A stretch of 63,600 bases of DNA, filler included, from Squatina squatina (GCA_031763465.1; 4 parts of 4 records of this genome joined end to end with filler, not necessarily neighbours in it); one strand, 5' to 3'. Shown: positions 12,862 through 25,539, numbered from the whole stretch's first letter. Made by a program: numbers and translations. Notes: generated by a model not told the origin, from the letters alone.

Positions 12862-13157
12862 AGAAAGACTTGCATTTCATGACCATAGGACGTCCCAAAC
12901 TACTTTACAGCTAACAAAGTACTTTTGAAGCGTAGTCACTGTTGTAATGTAGGAAATGCCCTAGCCATTTTACACCCAGAAAGATCCCACAAACAGTAAT
13001 AAGACAATGGCCATATCATCTGATTTAGACACGTTGGTTGAGGGATAAATATTGGCTAGGACACCGGGGAGAATTTCCCTGTTCTGCATCAAAATAGTGC
13101 CATGAGATCTTTTACGTCCACCTGAGAGGGCAGACAGTAACTTGTCTCATCTGAAAG
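12862..13157 (-). mobile_element. Deu-domain SINE, 3' two-thirds (head lost in gap)
   Basis: agaaagacttgcatt...aagtacttttgaagcgtagtcactgttgtaatgtagg...ccacctgagagggcagac...tctcatctgaaag. Confidence 0.85.
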
Positions 13158-13889
13158 NNNNNNNNNNNNNNNNNNNNNNNNNNNNNNNNNNNNNNNNNNN
13201 NNNNNNNNNNNNNNNNNNNNNNNNNNNNNNNNNNNNNNNNNNNNNNNNNNNNNNNNNGCTTCAAATGCGTTGCATGAACTCATCCTCCAAACTATTTTTG
13301 CCCATTTGATTTGTCCCGTCTATATGAAGATTAAAGAATTCAAAGTGTAGTTATGAGAAATTAGAGCCTTACTGATCACAGCACACACAGGGTGAAACTT
13401 GTTTCCGACCAAACTGCAAACTGCATCGAGTACAACCGACGTTGAAGGTATTACTATGCGTTTACAGCTTGTTCCTGCTGCAGAAAAGGTAGTTTGATTT
13501 GCTGATGTTCTGAAGAGTCCAAAGCTCGTCATGTCATTGTGTCCAGCAGTTGCCCTAATAGCTAGCCAAATAAGTGTTAAGCTCAAGTTGATCAAAGTGG
13601 TTCGGAGCCAATGCCATTCCAGTCAATTACTAGAACCCTGGTTGTCTGGTCATCAAAGTGTAGTTAGGAGAAATGCAGTTTTTCATGTCCTTTGTTTTGG
13701 TCCATCTTCAAAGGAATTGGAGCTATAACTTGGCTGAATTGTAGTCAGTCTGAAGCCAGCAGAGACACAGGGCTAATCAGAAGATCCCATGGAAACAGAT
13801 AGCAATGTAAGAACTAAAGAATCCACGTTTTATGTCGAGCGTTGGCGCCGGAGTTGTGCCTTTGTTGCTTCTGATTTTGAGATTAGCAA

Positions 13890-14090
13890 TTGTTGTAAAA
13901 AACCCAACTGGTTCACGAATGCCTTTTTGAGAAGGAAACCAGCCATCCTAACCTGGTCAGTCCCACACCAACGTCATTGACTCTTAACTACCCATGGAAG
14001 TGATATAGCATGTCACTCAAGTTGTCAGGGCATCTCGGGATGGGCTTGCAAGCGATGCCCACATCCTGAGAATTAATAATTAAAATAAAG
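13890..14090 (+). mobile_element. Third SINE-like family fragment, with a tail matching the LINE end at 1309-1423
   Basis: aaaacccaactggttcac...gaaggaaacc-gccatcctaacctggtc body, ending gggcatctcgggatggg...gcgatgcccacatcctgagaattaataattaaaa. Confidence 0.55.
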
Positions 14091-15933
14091 AAAATGTTTG
14101 TTATTATTGTAAATGAACAGTTTTTTACTGAGTGTAAATCATTTACCTGCTCCTGTGAAGCGCCTTGGGATGATTTACTATGTTAAAAGCACTATATATA
14201 TTCAAGTTGTTGTATGTAATGAAAGGTAGTAAGGCAGCATAGGACACAGGGCCATCAACGTATTGTACCAGACGATGGCAGAATAGAGTTCAAAGCCACA
14301 ACTCCCCACAAGGAGAGTCCCTGTTCATTGCCACACCATCATGAGGAACTATGCTGAGGCCAAGGCTTCCCTACTAGGAACAAAGGAACAATCAGAGGGC
14401 ATAAAAGTACTGTAGCACATTTGAAGCACATTGTAATTATTGCAATGTAATTATTACTAAAACATCGGTTTTCAGTCACCTCTTGTGAAATTGTGCATTT
14501 ATGTTGCTGTTTTCAGTGTGCTTTGTGTAGACCAATACAACACGCACACATAACTTCAAATTGAAATGTTTTCACACCAACAATTGAGCTACTAAGCTCG
14601 ATAAGCATCACAGGAACCAATGACACAGTACAGACACAGATGTTCAGATTTGGACCCATTTGGCACTCCTTAGGAATGGCAGCCATTTTGCATGGCCTGG
14701 CTTGGAGACCAAGCCAATCAGTCTTGTACTTATTAAAAATAATTTGAAAGCCTGAGGTGCATTTGTAAAACTGCAGGATTNNNNNNNNNNNNNNNNNNNN
14801 NNNNNNNNNNNNNNNNNNNNNNNNNNNNNNNNNNNNNNNNNNNNNNNNNNNNNNNNNNNNNNNNNNNNNNNNNNNNNNNNAGTCATGTTTGCAAGGGGTA
14901 GCGATTTGATCTGCCAATTTTCTGCCAGGTCGTTCAGGGTGCGTTGCGCATGGTGATGATGTCCCATCGCCGTGCGCCGCCGAGAATGGCATTGCGCTGG
15001 GCCGCGGGGCGTCTCCTGTGGGTGCCTCCACAAAACAAGCCCTGAATGTCCCGCTAGGCGGGAACATCGCAGAAAACAGGAAAAAAAACCTCAGCGCTCC
15101 GGTAGTGACAACGCCCATCAAGATTGGGGCGCTAAGAGCCCTTCAATTTCGGCCCCAGAATGTCTTGCTGTTGAGTGTGGTACTGGAAAGCTGCTAGCAC
15201 CAGAAGAGTCATGCCCCAGCAGGAGTCACTGCTTCCAAGGGAGGAGCTAGGAGGGAGGTGGGAGGTGCAGTTCAAGGGGGTAAGAAACATATGGAGAAAA
15301 GAAAAAGGTGCGATAAAGAGCACATTTTTGTAGGAGAAATTTAGGCGGATGCCAGCTGGCACAGTTCAGGTTTCCCATATCCGAACACAGACTGCAGTAA
15401 CCTCAGTTTAACCAGTGAGGGTTGAATTTTAATCCTGACTAGCACAAAACAGTTCGCAGCGATAAGTCACTCCCAGCTTTCATATCACAATGCCTTCAAT
15501 GGAATTCTTCACTCAGCTTCCACTTGCATTGCTTTGGATGAAAGAGTTAACAAAACTCCCAAACCATCTTTACTTGGAGTGAATGTTTTTGCTGTGTTTT
15601 TTTTTTAAACAGTACCTAATTTCAGTGTGGTGGCTGAAGCCCAACCTAGCAGGATGCTGTAGGCAATGTTCCGTATATAATTACCCGGCAGGGGGTTGGG
15701 CAGTTGTTCAGCTTATGCAGATGTGGAAGGAACACCAGTTGACCACGTTTGTGCAGGACCAAGCTTGTCAGAGCAAGGTCTGTTTGTCCCTTAATAAGGT
15801 TGTAAGAAGTGAGAATATGCAACAGCCGCAATACAGTTATTTGCCTCCTCGCCCGGAGTCTTGCTGTGCCCCACCCCCGCAGCCCGATTNNNNNNNNNNN
15901 NNNNNNNNNNNNNNNNNNNNNNNNNNNNNNNNN

Positions 15934-15945
15934 TTAATTAATTAA
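15934..15945. other. Artificial scaffolding linker TTAATTAATTAA centred in a 100-nt N gap (also 32386-32397 and 51134-51145)
   Basis: Identical palindromic 12-mer that places stops in all six frames, flanked by equal N runs, at three positions. It is a pipeline artefact, not biology. Confidence 0.95.
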
Positions 15946-17139
15946 NNNNNNNNNNNNNNNNNNNNNNNNNNNNNNNNNNNNNNNNNNNNACATTGCTCCG
16001 ACAACATCCTTCAGTGTTACCCTCAAAAGAATGCAGCAAGCCATCAGCCACCTGGCCGAGGCTACCAGACAAAATATGATTGTGCAGGCAGTTTTCTGCA
16101 GCGCCGTCATGTCACCCACACCTGGCTTGAGACTGTTCAGACTAAATTCAAACCTTCCAAACAAGAAGTGAGAGGGCAGAGTTCAAACCCATTCGACCCG
16201 GAATACGTTTCCAACTTGGTTGATGTGACAATTAGCTCGTGCTATGCTCTGAATGATATTGTGCAACAATGGAGCGCGCCCTAATGAACACTTCATCGTA
16301 AAGCAATTCACTTCTTTAGGAACAATAGTGACTGATCTCAGGCGTTGAACAATCGCCAAAATGAATTCAAAGGCATGAATCATCTGCTGGATTACTTAAG
16401 ATTCAGGTTTGGTCTCGCGATGAACTACCCCTTGCTTTCATTAGCTAGCTATTAATGTGGCCCTTTGAGTTCATTATTGCTTAATTGCTTACACGCATTC
16501 CAGGACATGTATTGCTGTACATGTATTGTTTGCCTTATTTTGACATGCTGCTCAATCTTTGATTTTGATGTGCATTATAAATAATACTGAGCTGTGGCTC
16601 TGTTTGTCTTTTGCAGAAGTATCGGATTAAACAAAGCAGAAAGCCGCCAGATGCCTGCTGCACATGTGACACCTCATTTAAGCATCCTTCCCTGTTACTG
16701 ATGGCAGGTGGAGATGGAATACTAAAAGAGACCATCTTTCTGAATATTCCTTTAATAACCTGCAGGGATATCTGAAATCAATCAAATTTACTGCCTGTCA
16801 CACTGGGAGAAGGTGAAGCGGACTGGATGGAATATATGCAAGCAAAACAGAATTCAATATAAGGTCACTGATCAAATTTCGGAGAGATTTAGAGCATCAC
16901 GCAGTATCTAGGTTATTTCCGAGCGGAGTTATGGCTCGTTTTATTTCAGCGGACTGTCAGTAAATCACCGGTAAAGTACACGCCCACAGGGAAAGAAACA
17001 CCACAGTAATTTAGTTCCGGATTTGAATATTTGAAGCTCAGGTGCTTGATAGAGTGCAGGGTTCAATAATGGACCACTGCAGAGCAAAGCCACCTGCTGA
17101 AAGAAATTGCAATGTGGAGGATAAATTAAACATAATGAT

Positions 17140-17426
17140 GAGACTTTCAAATTGGAGGTCAGGAGGCCAATGTAGGTCAGCAAGGATAGGTTTGTGGGAT
17201 AGAATATGGGCAGTAGAGTTTATCGAGAAGGATGGATGGGAATTCAGCTAGGAAAGCATTTAAGTAGTCAGGCCTCGAGGTGACAACTCATGACAGTTTC
17301 AGTGACAGATGGGCTGAGGTACAGACAGAGGCAGGCAATGATATGATGATGGAAGTAGGAGATCTTTTTGATGGAGAGGATGTGAGATTGGAAGCTTAGC
17401 TCCGGGCTGAATAGAGTGCCATCATT
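17140..17426 (-). mobile_element. Decayed L2 LINE ORF2 fragment
   Basis: ttggaggtcaggaggccaatgtaggtcagcaaggatagg...ttcagtgacagatgggctgagg...ggaagtagg; purine-rich, L2-like antisense sequence. A similar piece is at 32442-32650. Confidence 0.5.
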
Positions 17427-17904
17427 NNNNNNNNNNNNNNNNNNNNNNNNNNNNNNNNNNNNNNNNNNNNNNNNNNNNNNNNNNNNNNNNNNNNNNNNNN
17501 NNNNNNNNNNNNNNNNNNNNNNNNNNTAAATAAGATCACAAAAAACATATCAAGATAATGTTTCCAGTGTTGCTTGTAGCAATGCTTACAGATGCAGAAC
17601 TGTTGAGCATTGAAAAACACTTTCTTATAAATGATATGAATGATTAATAATGGCAGACATTACATTATTTATGATGATGCAATACAGTATTTAAGTTTTA
17701 AAACATCCATGGACAACTTTGTAGCTTATTCGGCTGAATCTCTCAGCTCCTTGGTGAACTCTTTGAAATCAGAAACAGACTGACGATCCGACAGCCTTCA
17801 CAAGCACTGGCTGATTGTTTGAAAGTAGTTTCTGTGACAGTTTGGGAAGGATACGAACTGAAATTCATGAAGCATTGGCAGAACTGTCACATATGTGCCT
17901 GCAT

Positions 17905-18115
17905 TAATCATTTAGACAATTTACAGCCTTCTGGACTCAACATCGAGTTCAACAATTTCAAACCATAACCTTTCCGCTAATTTTTTTTTATTTTTAACTT
18001 ATTGAGTTACTGGGTGTTTGTGTTTCCCTCTAACTGTTGTTGCTGATTTATACCCTGGCTAGACTCATCTTTTGTTTCTTAACTTGCCCATTACCATCTC
18101 CTTTTGCCTTGCACC
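17905..18115 (+). mobile_element. Penelope-like element fragment (opposite orientation to 26984-28058)
   Basis: cagccttctggactcaacatcgagttcaacaatttca and ttttgtttcttaacttgcccattaccatctccttttgc are reverse complements of 27420-27456 and 27260-27298. Confidence 0.75.
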
Positions 18116-18853
18116 NNNNNNNNNNNNNNNNNNNNNNNNNNNNNNNNNNNNNNNNNNNNNNNNNNNNNNNNNNNNNNNNNNNNNNNNNNNNNNNNNNNNN
18201 NNNNNNNNNNNNNNNCAGGAAATATCGTGCCCGTGATAATGGTTTCCATTTACAACTTAAATAAACAATTGATGGGGTAGCTTTGAGGATTAGCCCTTAG
18301 CTTAATAGTTTACCCAGCTCCATTGTAGTGTCTATATTGGAAAGATTGCTTCTAATATTCTCCTTTCTGGCTCTCTGTAGCTTGTCAGCTGGGTATTTAG
18401 AGATAGAGCGAGCCCAGTAGATATTTTTAGAAATGCCATCAGGGATTTAGCTTTCCTCAACGGAGAAACCCATTGCATAGAGTTTGATGAAAAATAGGCC
18501 ATGCTTGAGCATAAACCACCTTCATACCCCAAAGAAGAACACATCCCACAGGGCACAAAGACAAATCAGGTTGGTGTAAGAAAGAGAGAAATCAAGCTAA
18601 CTCATTCTCTGGCCATGGAGTTATCGTATATGGACGAGGAAACTGAATTTGATTCGGATTCCTTAATATTATTTTAGTTCTAAACAGTGTACAATTTTTC
18701 AAAAATATGACTTTTTTGTTGTATTTTCTTTCTAAATTATGCTATTAACTAGTNNNNNNNNNNNNNNNNNNNNNNNNNNNNNNNNNNNNNNNNNNNNNNN
18801 NNNNNNNNNNNNNNNNNNNNNNNNNNNNNNNNNNNNNNNNNNNNNNNNNNNNN

Positions 18854-19075
18854 AGAACAGGCAATCAAAAGCTTGGTCAAAGAGGTAGGTTTTAAGGAGC
18901 ATCTTAAAGGAGAAAAGAGAGGTGTAGAGGCAGAGAGATTTAGGGAGGGAACTCCAGAGTTTAGAGCCTTGGCAGCTGAGGGCATGGCCACCAATGATGG
19001 AGCGATTAAAAGCAGGGATGCTCAAGAGGCCAGAATTGGAAGAGGGCAGATATCCCGGAGGGTTGCGGGGCTGGA
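18854..19075 (-). mobile_element. L2 LINE 3' region
   Basis: Minus frame IPAFNRSIIGGHALSCQGSKLWSSLPKSL...FKMLLKTYLFDQAF, matching the L2 ORF2 C-terminus (GGRAFS..GP.LWNSLP..L...FK..LKT.LF). Confidence 0.85.
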
Positions 19076-20030
19076 GCTTTTATTTCCATTGAAGAGATGT
19101 AAAACGGACTACCAACTCATTACCACTCGTTTTACACTTTCGCACAAAGTCAGGAGCTGTCCCCCTGAGTTTACCACCCTGACATTGCCACCCCTGAGTT
19201 TCATATTGCTAAACAAGCTGCCTTCGGATCTGATTTCTGGTCAGTGAAAAACATTTTTTTTAACCATTCACCTCACCTCCAAAATGAACAGTAGGAAGAA
19301 GAGATCTCGCTAAATAACATTTTTAGGAGTATAGAACAGATAGATGGGGCCAAAAAATCCAAATTGTAAGAAAGAAAGACATCGGGAGGTGGTAAAGAAG
19401 AGCAAGGTGAAGAGAATTGAAGGACTCGGAACGCACCCCCCCACCCTCCATCTTGTGTGGAATGTATCTCCGACAGGCGAGACTCTGCTCACACTGGACA
19501 TGCTCGTCTGATCCCAACTAACATTGGCATTCAAAGCTACTCCTGACTTTTGAGCAGATTGTTTTTACTGTAATCTGAAGAGTTTTTTTCAGTGTTGCAG
19601 TGTGTGAGCTGAGACTAATAAACTTGACTGGGCTAGAGAGGCAGACATTCATCCGATCTGCCAATAGTCTGAAGGTTAAATTTAGCAATAGGGATTAATA
19701 TAGTGTGGTGTCATTGTGGGACAACTAATTGAGTATTCAATATTTGAAGAGGTAAAAGGTAACTAGTCAAAGCCATAATATTTCTGTCGTTTAACAAACC
19801 TTCCCACTATTTTCTATAGCTTAATGCTAGTTACTAGACTTATTGAGTAAGTTCTGGAGAAGTCTGTGATACTGGATGGTTATAAATAGTTTCATGAGAC
19901 AATTAGATGCAGTTCTGGAAAGTAAATGGATTGAGGGATAAGGTGAAAAGACAGCGGGAGAAGCTTGACACTAATCTATGAAATGGGCGCAGGTAAGTTG
20001 GGTCAGTTGCTGCTCCTAAAAATCCTTAAG

Positions 20031-20079
20031 CTTCTTCTTCTTAGGCAGTCCCTCGGGTTCGAGGGTGACTTGCATCCAC
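20031..20079 (-). mobile_element. Very short RTE-clade LINE 3' tail with a (GAA)n end
   Basis: cttcttcttcttaggcagtccctcgggttcgagggtgacttgcatccaca is nearly identical to the RTE tail at 45978-46022. Confidence 0.7.
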
Positions 20080-20249
20080 ATTGCAATGCCCAACTTAACC
20101 ATTAGTCAAGACTAACAAGCAATGGCCAACATTGGCAGCATGTACAGCATTCTCTTCAAATCCAGCCTCCTGCCAGACAGTCATACTCGTTTGCTTGACT
20201 AGGTCAAATTAACTTCTTGACAATGACTGCCCCACCAGCACCGATTAAA

Positions 20250-20699
20250 GGAAAGAAGACTTGCATTTCTATAGTGCCTTTCACAACCACCGGACGTCCC
20301 GAAGCGCTTTACAGCCAATGAAGCACTTTTGTAGTGCAGTGCTGTAATGTGGGAAATGCAGCAGCCAATTTGTGCACAAACAGCAATGTGATAATGACCA
20401 GGTCATCTGTTTTAGTGATGTTGATTGAGAGATAAATATTGGCCCCAGGACAACCCTGCTGCTCTTCTTTGAAATAATGCCATGGGATTTTTTTTACATC
20501 CAGCTGAGAGAGCAGACGGGGCCTCGGTTTAACATCTCATCTGAAAGACAGCACCTACCTCCAACAGCGCTGCTTTCCCTCAGTACTGTGCTGGGAGCAT
20601 CAGCCTAGATTTTTGTCATTAAGTCTCTGGAGTGGGATTTAGAAGCTACAACCTTCAAACCCACAGATGAGGGTGCTGCCACTGAGCTACAGCTGACAC
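20250..20699 (-). mobile_element. Full-length Deu-domain SINE
   Basis: Runs from the tail gaaagaagacttgcatttctatagtgcc through the Deu core (ggcctcggtttaacatctcatctgaaagac) to the head actgagctacagctgacac. Confidence 0.9.
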
Positions 20700-21368
20700 T
20701 CAAAGGTAGCACTTAGATAGGAATACCCCAAAGCCCATTGCACTGTTAAACCAAACATAATAATGATGTACATTTGCAGATATTTGAACTAATTGGTTTC
20801 CTTCTAACTCATTACGGTCGTGAAGTCTCACAAAACAGTGTAATTAAGCTTCAGTGGAAGAAGTAAGGCTTTGAGAAATTACCACTGGAAGAAATATGCT
20901 CCGTTGTCCAGTGAGCAGGCCATTATCGTATGATCCTTGAGGAAGAAAACTAATTGCATAGTGAGTTTGGTTTCTACAATTTCCTAGTTTTTTAACTTTC
21001 ATCATACTGCTCTTATAATGACTTTTGTGCAGTCTGGGGTTTGATTAGAATTCCATCCATCTGACAGGCAGCATGTGAAAAATTCCCTCTACCTCTGTTA
21101 ATAAGGTCTACCACTACAATTGGCATTTTCAATTTAATTTAATGAGGGGAAAAAGTTAATAATGTATGACTTTGTATCACATACAGGCAAACCTGTGGAG
21201 GAACAAGCGTATGTGCACCACACACGAATCTGACAAATCAAACATTGGCTTGACTTCCTTCGGCTCTGAAAGAAATGATTTAAGAAATGATTTTGTTTGA
21301 GCACGTCCTTCCACCCTCCAATTTCTGTCCTTTCCTATTCCCACCCGTAGCTGCTGACCACGTCCTTT

Positions 21369-22223
21369 CAAAGACTTGAGCACAGAATGTAGGCTGGCTC
21401 TCCCAATGCCAGTACTGCGGGATGCTGCACTGTCGGAGGTGCCGTCTTTCGGATGAAAATAGAAAGACTTGCGTTTCTATAGCACCTTTCACAACCAACG
21501 GATGTCCCAAAGTGCTTTACAGCCAACAAAGTACTTTTAGAAGTGCTGTAATGTGGGAAACACTGCAGCCAATTTGCGCACAGCAAGCTCCCACAAACAG
21601 CAATGTGGTAATGAGCAGTTAATCTGTTTTTGTTATGCTGATTGAGGGATATATATTGGCCCCACAACACCAGAGATAACTCCCCTGTTCATCTTTGAAA
21701 TAGTGTCATGGGCTTTTTTATGTCCACCTGAGAGAGCAGATCGGTTTAACATCTCATCCAAAAGACGGCACCTCTGACAGGGCAGCACTCCCTCAACACT
21801 GCACTAGAGGGTCAGCCTAGATCTCTGTGCTCAAGTTTCTGGAGTGGGACTTAAACCCAGAACCTTCTGACTCAGAGGTAAGGGTGCTACCCACTGAGCC
21901 ACAGCCAACACTTAAATGAGAACTTAACCCGAGGTCCCATCTGCCCTCTCAGGTGGATGTAAAATATCCCATGGCACTATTTCGCTGAAGAGCAGGGGAG
22001 TTATCCCTGGTTTTTTTGGGGCAATAGTTATCCCCCAACATTAAACAGATTTTCTGATCATTATCATGTTGCTGTTTGTGGGATCTTGCTGTGTGTAATT
22101 AGGCTCCCGCATTTCTACATTACAACAGTGACCACACTTCAAATATACTTCATTGGCTGTAAAACATTTGGGATGTTCTGAGGTTATGAAAAGCGCTATA
22201 GAAGTGCAAATCTTTCTTTTCTT
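21369..22223 (+). mobile_element. Deu-domain SINE (+) split by an inserted antisense copy
   Basis: The 5' part (21369-21458) ends ...gccgtctttcggatgaaa. It resumes near 21916 (atgagaacttaacccgaggtccc...) and continues to the tail gcgctatagaagtgcaaatctttcttttc. Confidence 0.85.
21459..21912 (-). mobile_element. Full-length Deu-domain SINE nested inside the + copy
   Basis: Runs from the tail agaaagacttgcgtttctatagcacc to the head ccactgagccacagccaacac. Confidence 0.9.
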
Positions 22224-22530
22224 TAGATGTGAAATGAGGAAGTGAGCATCAGCAGGTTGTTTGACTATAGGAAACCACCCAATCAAGAGTGACTCTGTCT
22301 TTACCAGATAGACGGCACTTGACCAGCAGGTGGCCAGGAGTGGGAACAATGGGTGTTTTTTTTCTCCTTGTTCACCCAGAAGGTGCTAAGGCCAACCCAT
22401 AGTACATTACTGCTAACCTGTCTAAAATCAGCCTAGCAAACCAGAGATTTAATCCAGGACTTTCTTGCCCTGCATAACTCAGTTCTACACTACGCGGTAA
22501 ATCTAGCACTGAGTCACCAGGGAAATCACT

Positions 22531-22567
22531 ACAATAAAAACAGAGAATGCTGGAAACACTCAGCAGG
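22531..22567 (-). mobile_element. Penelope-like terminal repeat end (rest in gap)
   Basis: caataaaaacagagaatgctggaaacactcagcagg matches 27018-27053 (aataaaaacaggaaaggctggaaaaacttagcagg). Confidence 0.65.
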
Positions 22568-23532
22568 NNNNNNNNNNNNNNNNNNNNNNNNNNNNNNNNN
22601 NNNNNNNNNNNNNNNNNNNNNNNNNNNNNNNNNNNNNNNNNNNNNNNNNNNNNNNNNNNNNNNNNNNNNNNNNNNNNNNNNNNNNNNNNNNNNNNNNNNN
22701 NNNNNNNNNNNNNNNNNNNNNNNNNNNNNNNNNNNNNNNNNNNNNNNNNNNNNNNNNNNNNNNNNNNNNNNNNNNNNNNNNNNNNNNNNNNNNNNNNNNN
22801 NNNNNNNNNNNNNNNNNNNNNNNNNNNNNNNNNNNNNNNNNNNNNNNNNNNNNNNNNNNNNNNNNNNNNNNNNNNNNNNNNNNNNNNNNNNNNNNNNNNN
22901 NNNNNNNNNNNNNNNNNNNNNNNNNNNNNNNNNNNNNNNNNNNNNNNNNNNNNNNNNNNNNNNNNNNNNNNNNNNNNNNNNNNNNNNNNNNNNNNNNNNN
23001 NNNNNNNNNNNNNNNNNNNNNNNNNNNNNNNNNNNNNNNNNNNNNNNNNNNNNNNNNNNNNNNNNNNNNNNNNNNNNNNNNNNNNNNNNNNNNNNNNNNN
23101 NNNNNNNNNNNNNNNNNNNNNNNNNNNNNNNNNNNNNNNNNNNNNNNNNNNNNNNNNNNNNNNNNNNNNNNNNNNNNNNNNNNNNNNNNNNNNNNNNNNN
23201 NNNNNNNNNNNNNNNNNNNNNNNNNNNNNNNNNNNNNNNNNNNNNNNNNNNNNNNNNNNNNNNNNNNNNNNNNNNNNNNNNNNNNNNNNNNNNNNNNNNN
23301 NNNNNNNNNNNNNNNNNNNNNNNNNNNNNNNNNNNNNNNNNNNNNNNNNNNNNNNNNNNNNNNNNNNNNNNNNNNNNNNNNNNNNNNNNNNNNNNNNNNN
23401 NNNNNNNNNNNNNNNNNNNNNNNNNNNNNNNNNNNNNNNNNNNNNNNNNNNNNNNNNNNNNNNNNNNNNNNNNNNNNNNNNNNNNNNNNNNNNNNNNNNN
23501 NNNNNNNNNNNNNNNNNNNNNNNNNNNNNNNN

Positions 23533-23905
23533 GTGCAGTACTGAGGGAGCGCTGCACTGTTGGAGGTGCCGTCTTTCAGATGAGACGTTAAACCGAGGCC
23601 CCATCTGCTCTCTCAGGTGGACGTAAAAGATCCCATGGCGCTATTTTGAAGATGAGCAGGGCAGTTCTCCCCGTTTCCTGGCCAATATTTATCCCTCTAT
23701 CAACATGACAAAAACAGATTATCTGAACATTATCAAATTGCTATTTGTGGGAGCTTGCTGTGCACAAATTGGCTGCTGCGCCTCCCACATTACAACAGTA
23801 ACCACACTTTAAAAGNNNNNNNNNNTACTTTGTGGGCTGCAAAGCGCTTTGTGAGATCCAGTGGTCGTGAAAGGCACTATATAAATGGAAGCCTTTCTTT
23901 CTTTT
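23533..23905 (+). mobile_element. Deu-domain SINE lacking its head (gap)
   Basis: gtgcagtactgagggagc...gtctttcagatgagacgttaaaccgaggcccc...aggcactatataaatggaagcctttctttc. Confidence 0.9.
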
Positions 23906-24772
23906 ATCTCTATGGGCAACTTTCTTGGAGCTGGCTGTAAATTATGGGCCAATAATTTCTCTTTCATACAAACACCCCGTCAAAGTTAAGGCTTGTGGGA
24001 ATAGCTGTAACTGGGGTTGCAACAGCTTATCTCTTCCATAGATGTGTTTGAATTGCACCGTGTAAAGTACAGCGGGGGGCTGAAATTCCGTGGCCGTCCC
24101 GCTGAGGTCCTGCCGCGAATTCGGCGGAAGACCGGTCGAACCGCCGGAAGGGCTGTTTCCCTCCAGAGGTTGTGCCGACCTCCGGTCCAAGTTACAGCGG
24201 GGGATCAGGAGAACGCTCCATGGAAATGGCAGAGCCTGTATGCATTGAGAACAACGCTTGTTGTGCATATTGAGCATCTCGGAGAAAAAAAAATCTGTTG
24301 GGGCCAGATGCATCTGGCACGTTGGAATGGTGCTACTGCTCATTCTGACTGAAGTAATTTGGATGATTTGTAAAATGAACTTCCGCGTGAATGTTAAGTA
24401 GGAAGAATCTGCCTGACACATCCCCTAGACATTTTGTTTCTTCAGAAAATAACATCTCAACTGCACAGTGGATAGCTAAGGATTCCAAAACAAAGTTCTG
24501 CATGAAAGTCTATTACTNNNNNNNNNNNNNNNNNNNNNNNNNNNNNNNNNNNNNNNNNNNNNNNNNNNNNNNNNNNNNNNNNNNNNNNNNNNNNNNNNNN
24601 NNNNNNNNNNNNNNNNNGGAAAACTGGTTGTGCTTCCTTGTTGTTGTGATGCTCCCCACCCAAGCCTCCTCCACGTGCTACATCCAGGCGATCCTTTACA
24701 CTCAAGTGGAAAATCTGTCCTTGCACACTCATCTGTGTGCACACCTTGGGGAACGATGCTTATTCAAATATA

Positions 24773-24890
24773 GGAGGGTAAAATTTCTGCAGGAATTCAC
24801 CCGACCTCCTGTGGCAGCTTCAACGCAAACCCTCTTTATGAAGTTGCGGAAGGTGACCGGGAAAACCCCCATGGAAATTCTATCCCTTGA
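24773..24890. mobile_element. Small MITE-like element with imperfect terminal inverted repeats
   Basis: Left end agggtaaaatttc; right end gaaattctatccct (reverse complement agggatagaatttc). Confidence 0.4.
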
Positions 24891-25539
24891 GCTTTAAGAA
24901 CAGCACGAAGGGCAGTGGAAGAGTCCAATAACCTGAATCAAACTCTTGCTGGGCCTAGATTGGAAGCAGCCAGTACAATTGCCCAATGCGTTGGCTATTA
25001 CCTTGAATTTCATGCAAGAAAAAAAAAGTTGAAAGATAAACACAACCTGTGGCTGTCACAGGCTCAAGTAAGTTTTGTGGCCATTTCCCTCGTGTGTCTG
25101 TTGGTTTGTCACTTGGCTTGCTCTCTGCTCAACCTGGGTCATTAGTGGACCTCCTGATTGATGCTTCTTCTGGGCAAAACAGGCCATTAGCAAGTCTCTT
25201 GAGTGACACAGCGATCGGGTACACCAGACCATTAGTGAGCATATTGAACAGCACTGCGAGCAATTCTGTCTCATAAGCAGCGCTGCTTTCACACTGCAGC
25301 ATTGTCCAGATGGAATATCACTCACGGGGCTCGCTAATTGCCTGGCTGGGACAGCACGTTAATTAACTGTGTTTCCTCAGTTATCCTTCACATTATTTCA
25401 GTAACTTTGAGATAAGTTGGTAAGTAAATGGAAGAATAANNNNNNNNNNNNNNNNNNNNNNNNNNNNNNNNNNNNNNNNNNNNNNNNNNNNNNNNNNNNN
25501 NNNNNNNNNNNNNNNNNNNNNNNNNNNNNNNNNNNNNNN

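Noticed and set aside
23942-24421. Overlapping 159-aa (-) and 111-aa (+) ORFs, and similar ORFs at 14513-15250
   Set aside because: They coincide with GC-rich MITE-like patches that lack stops by composition; no domain similarity was recognised.
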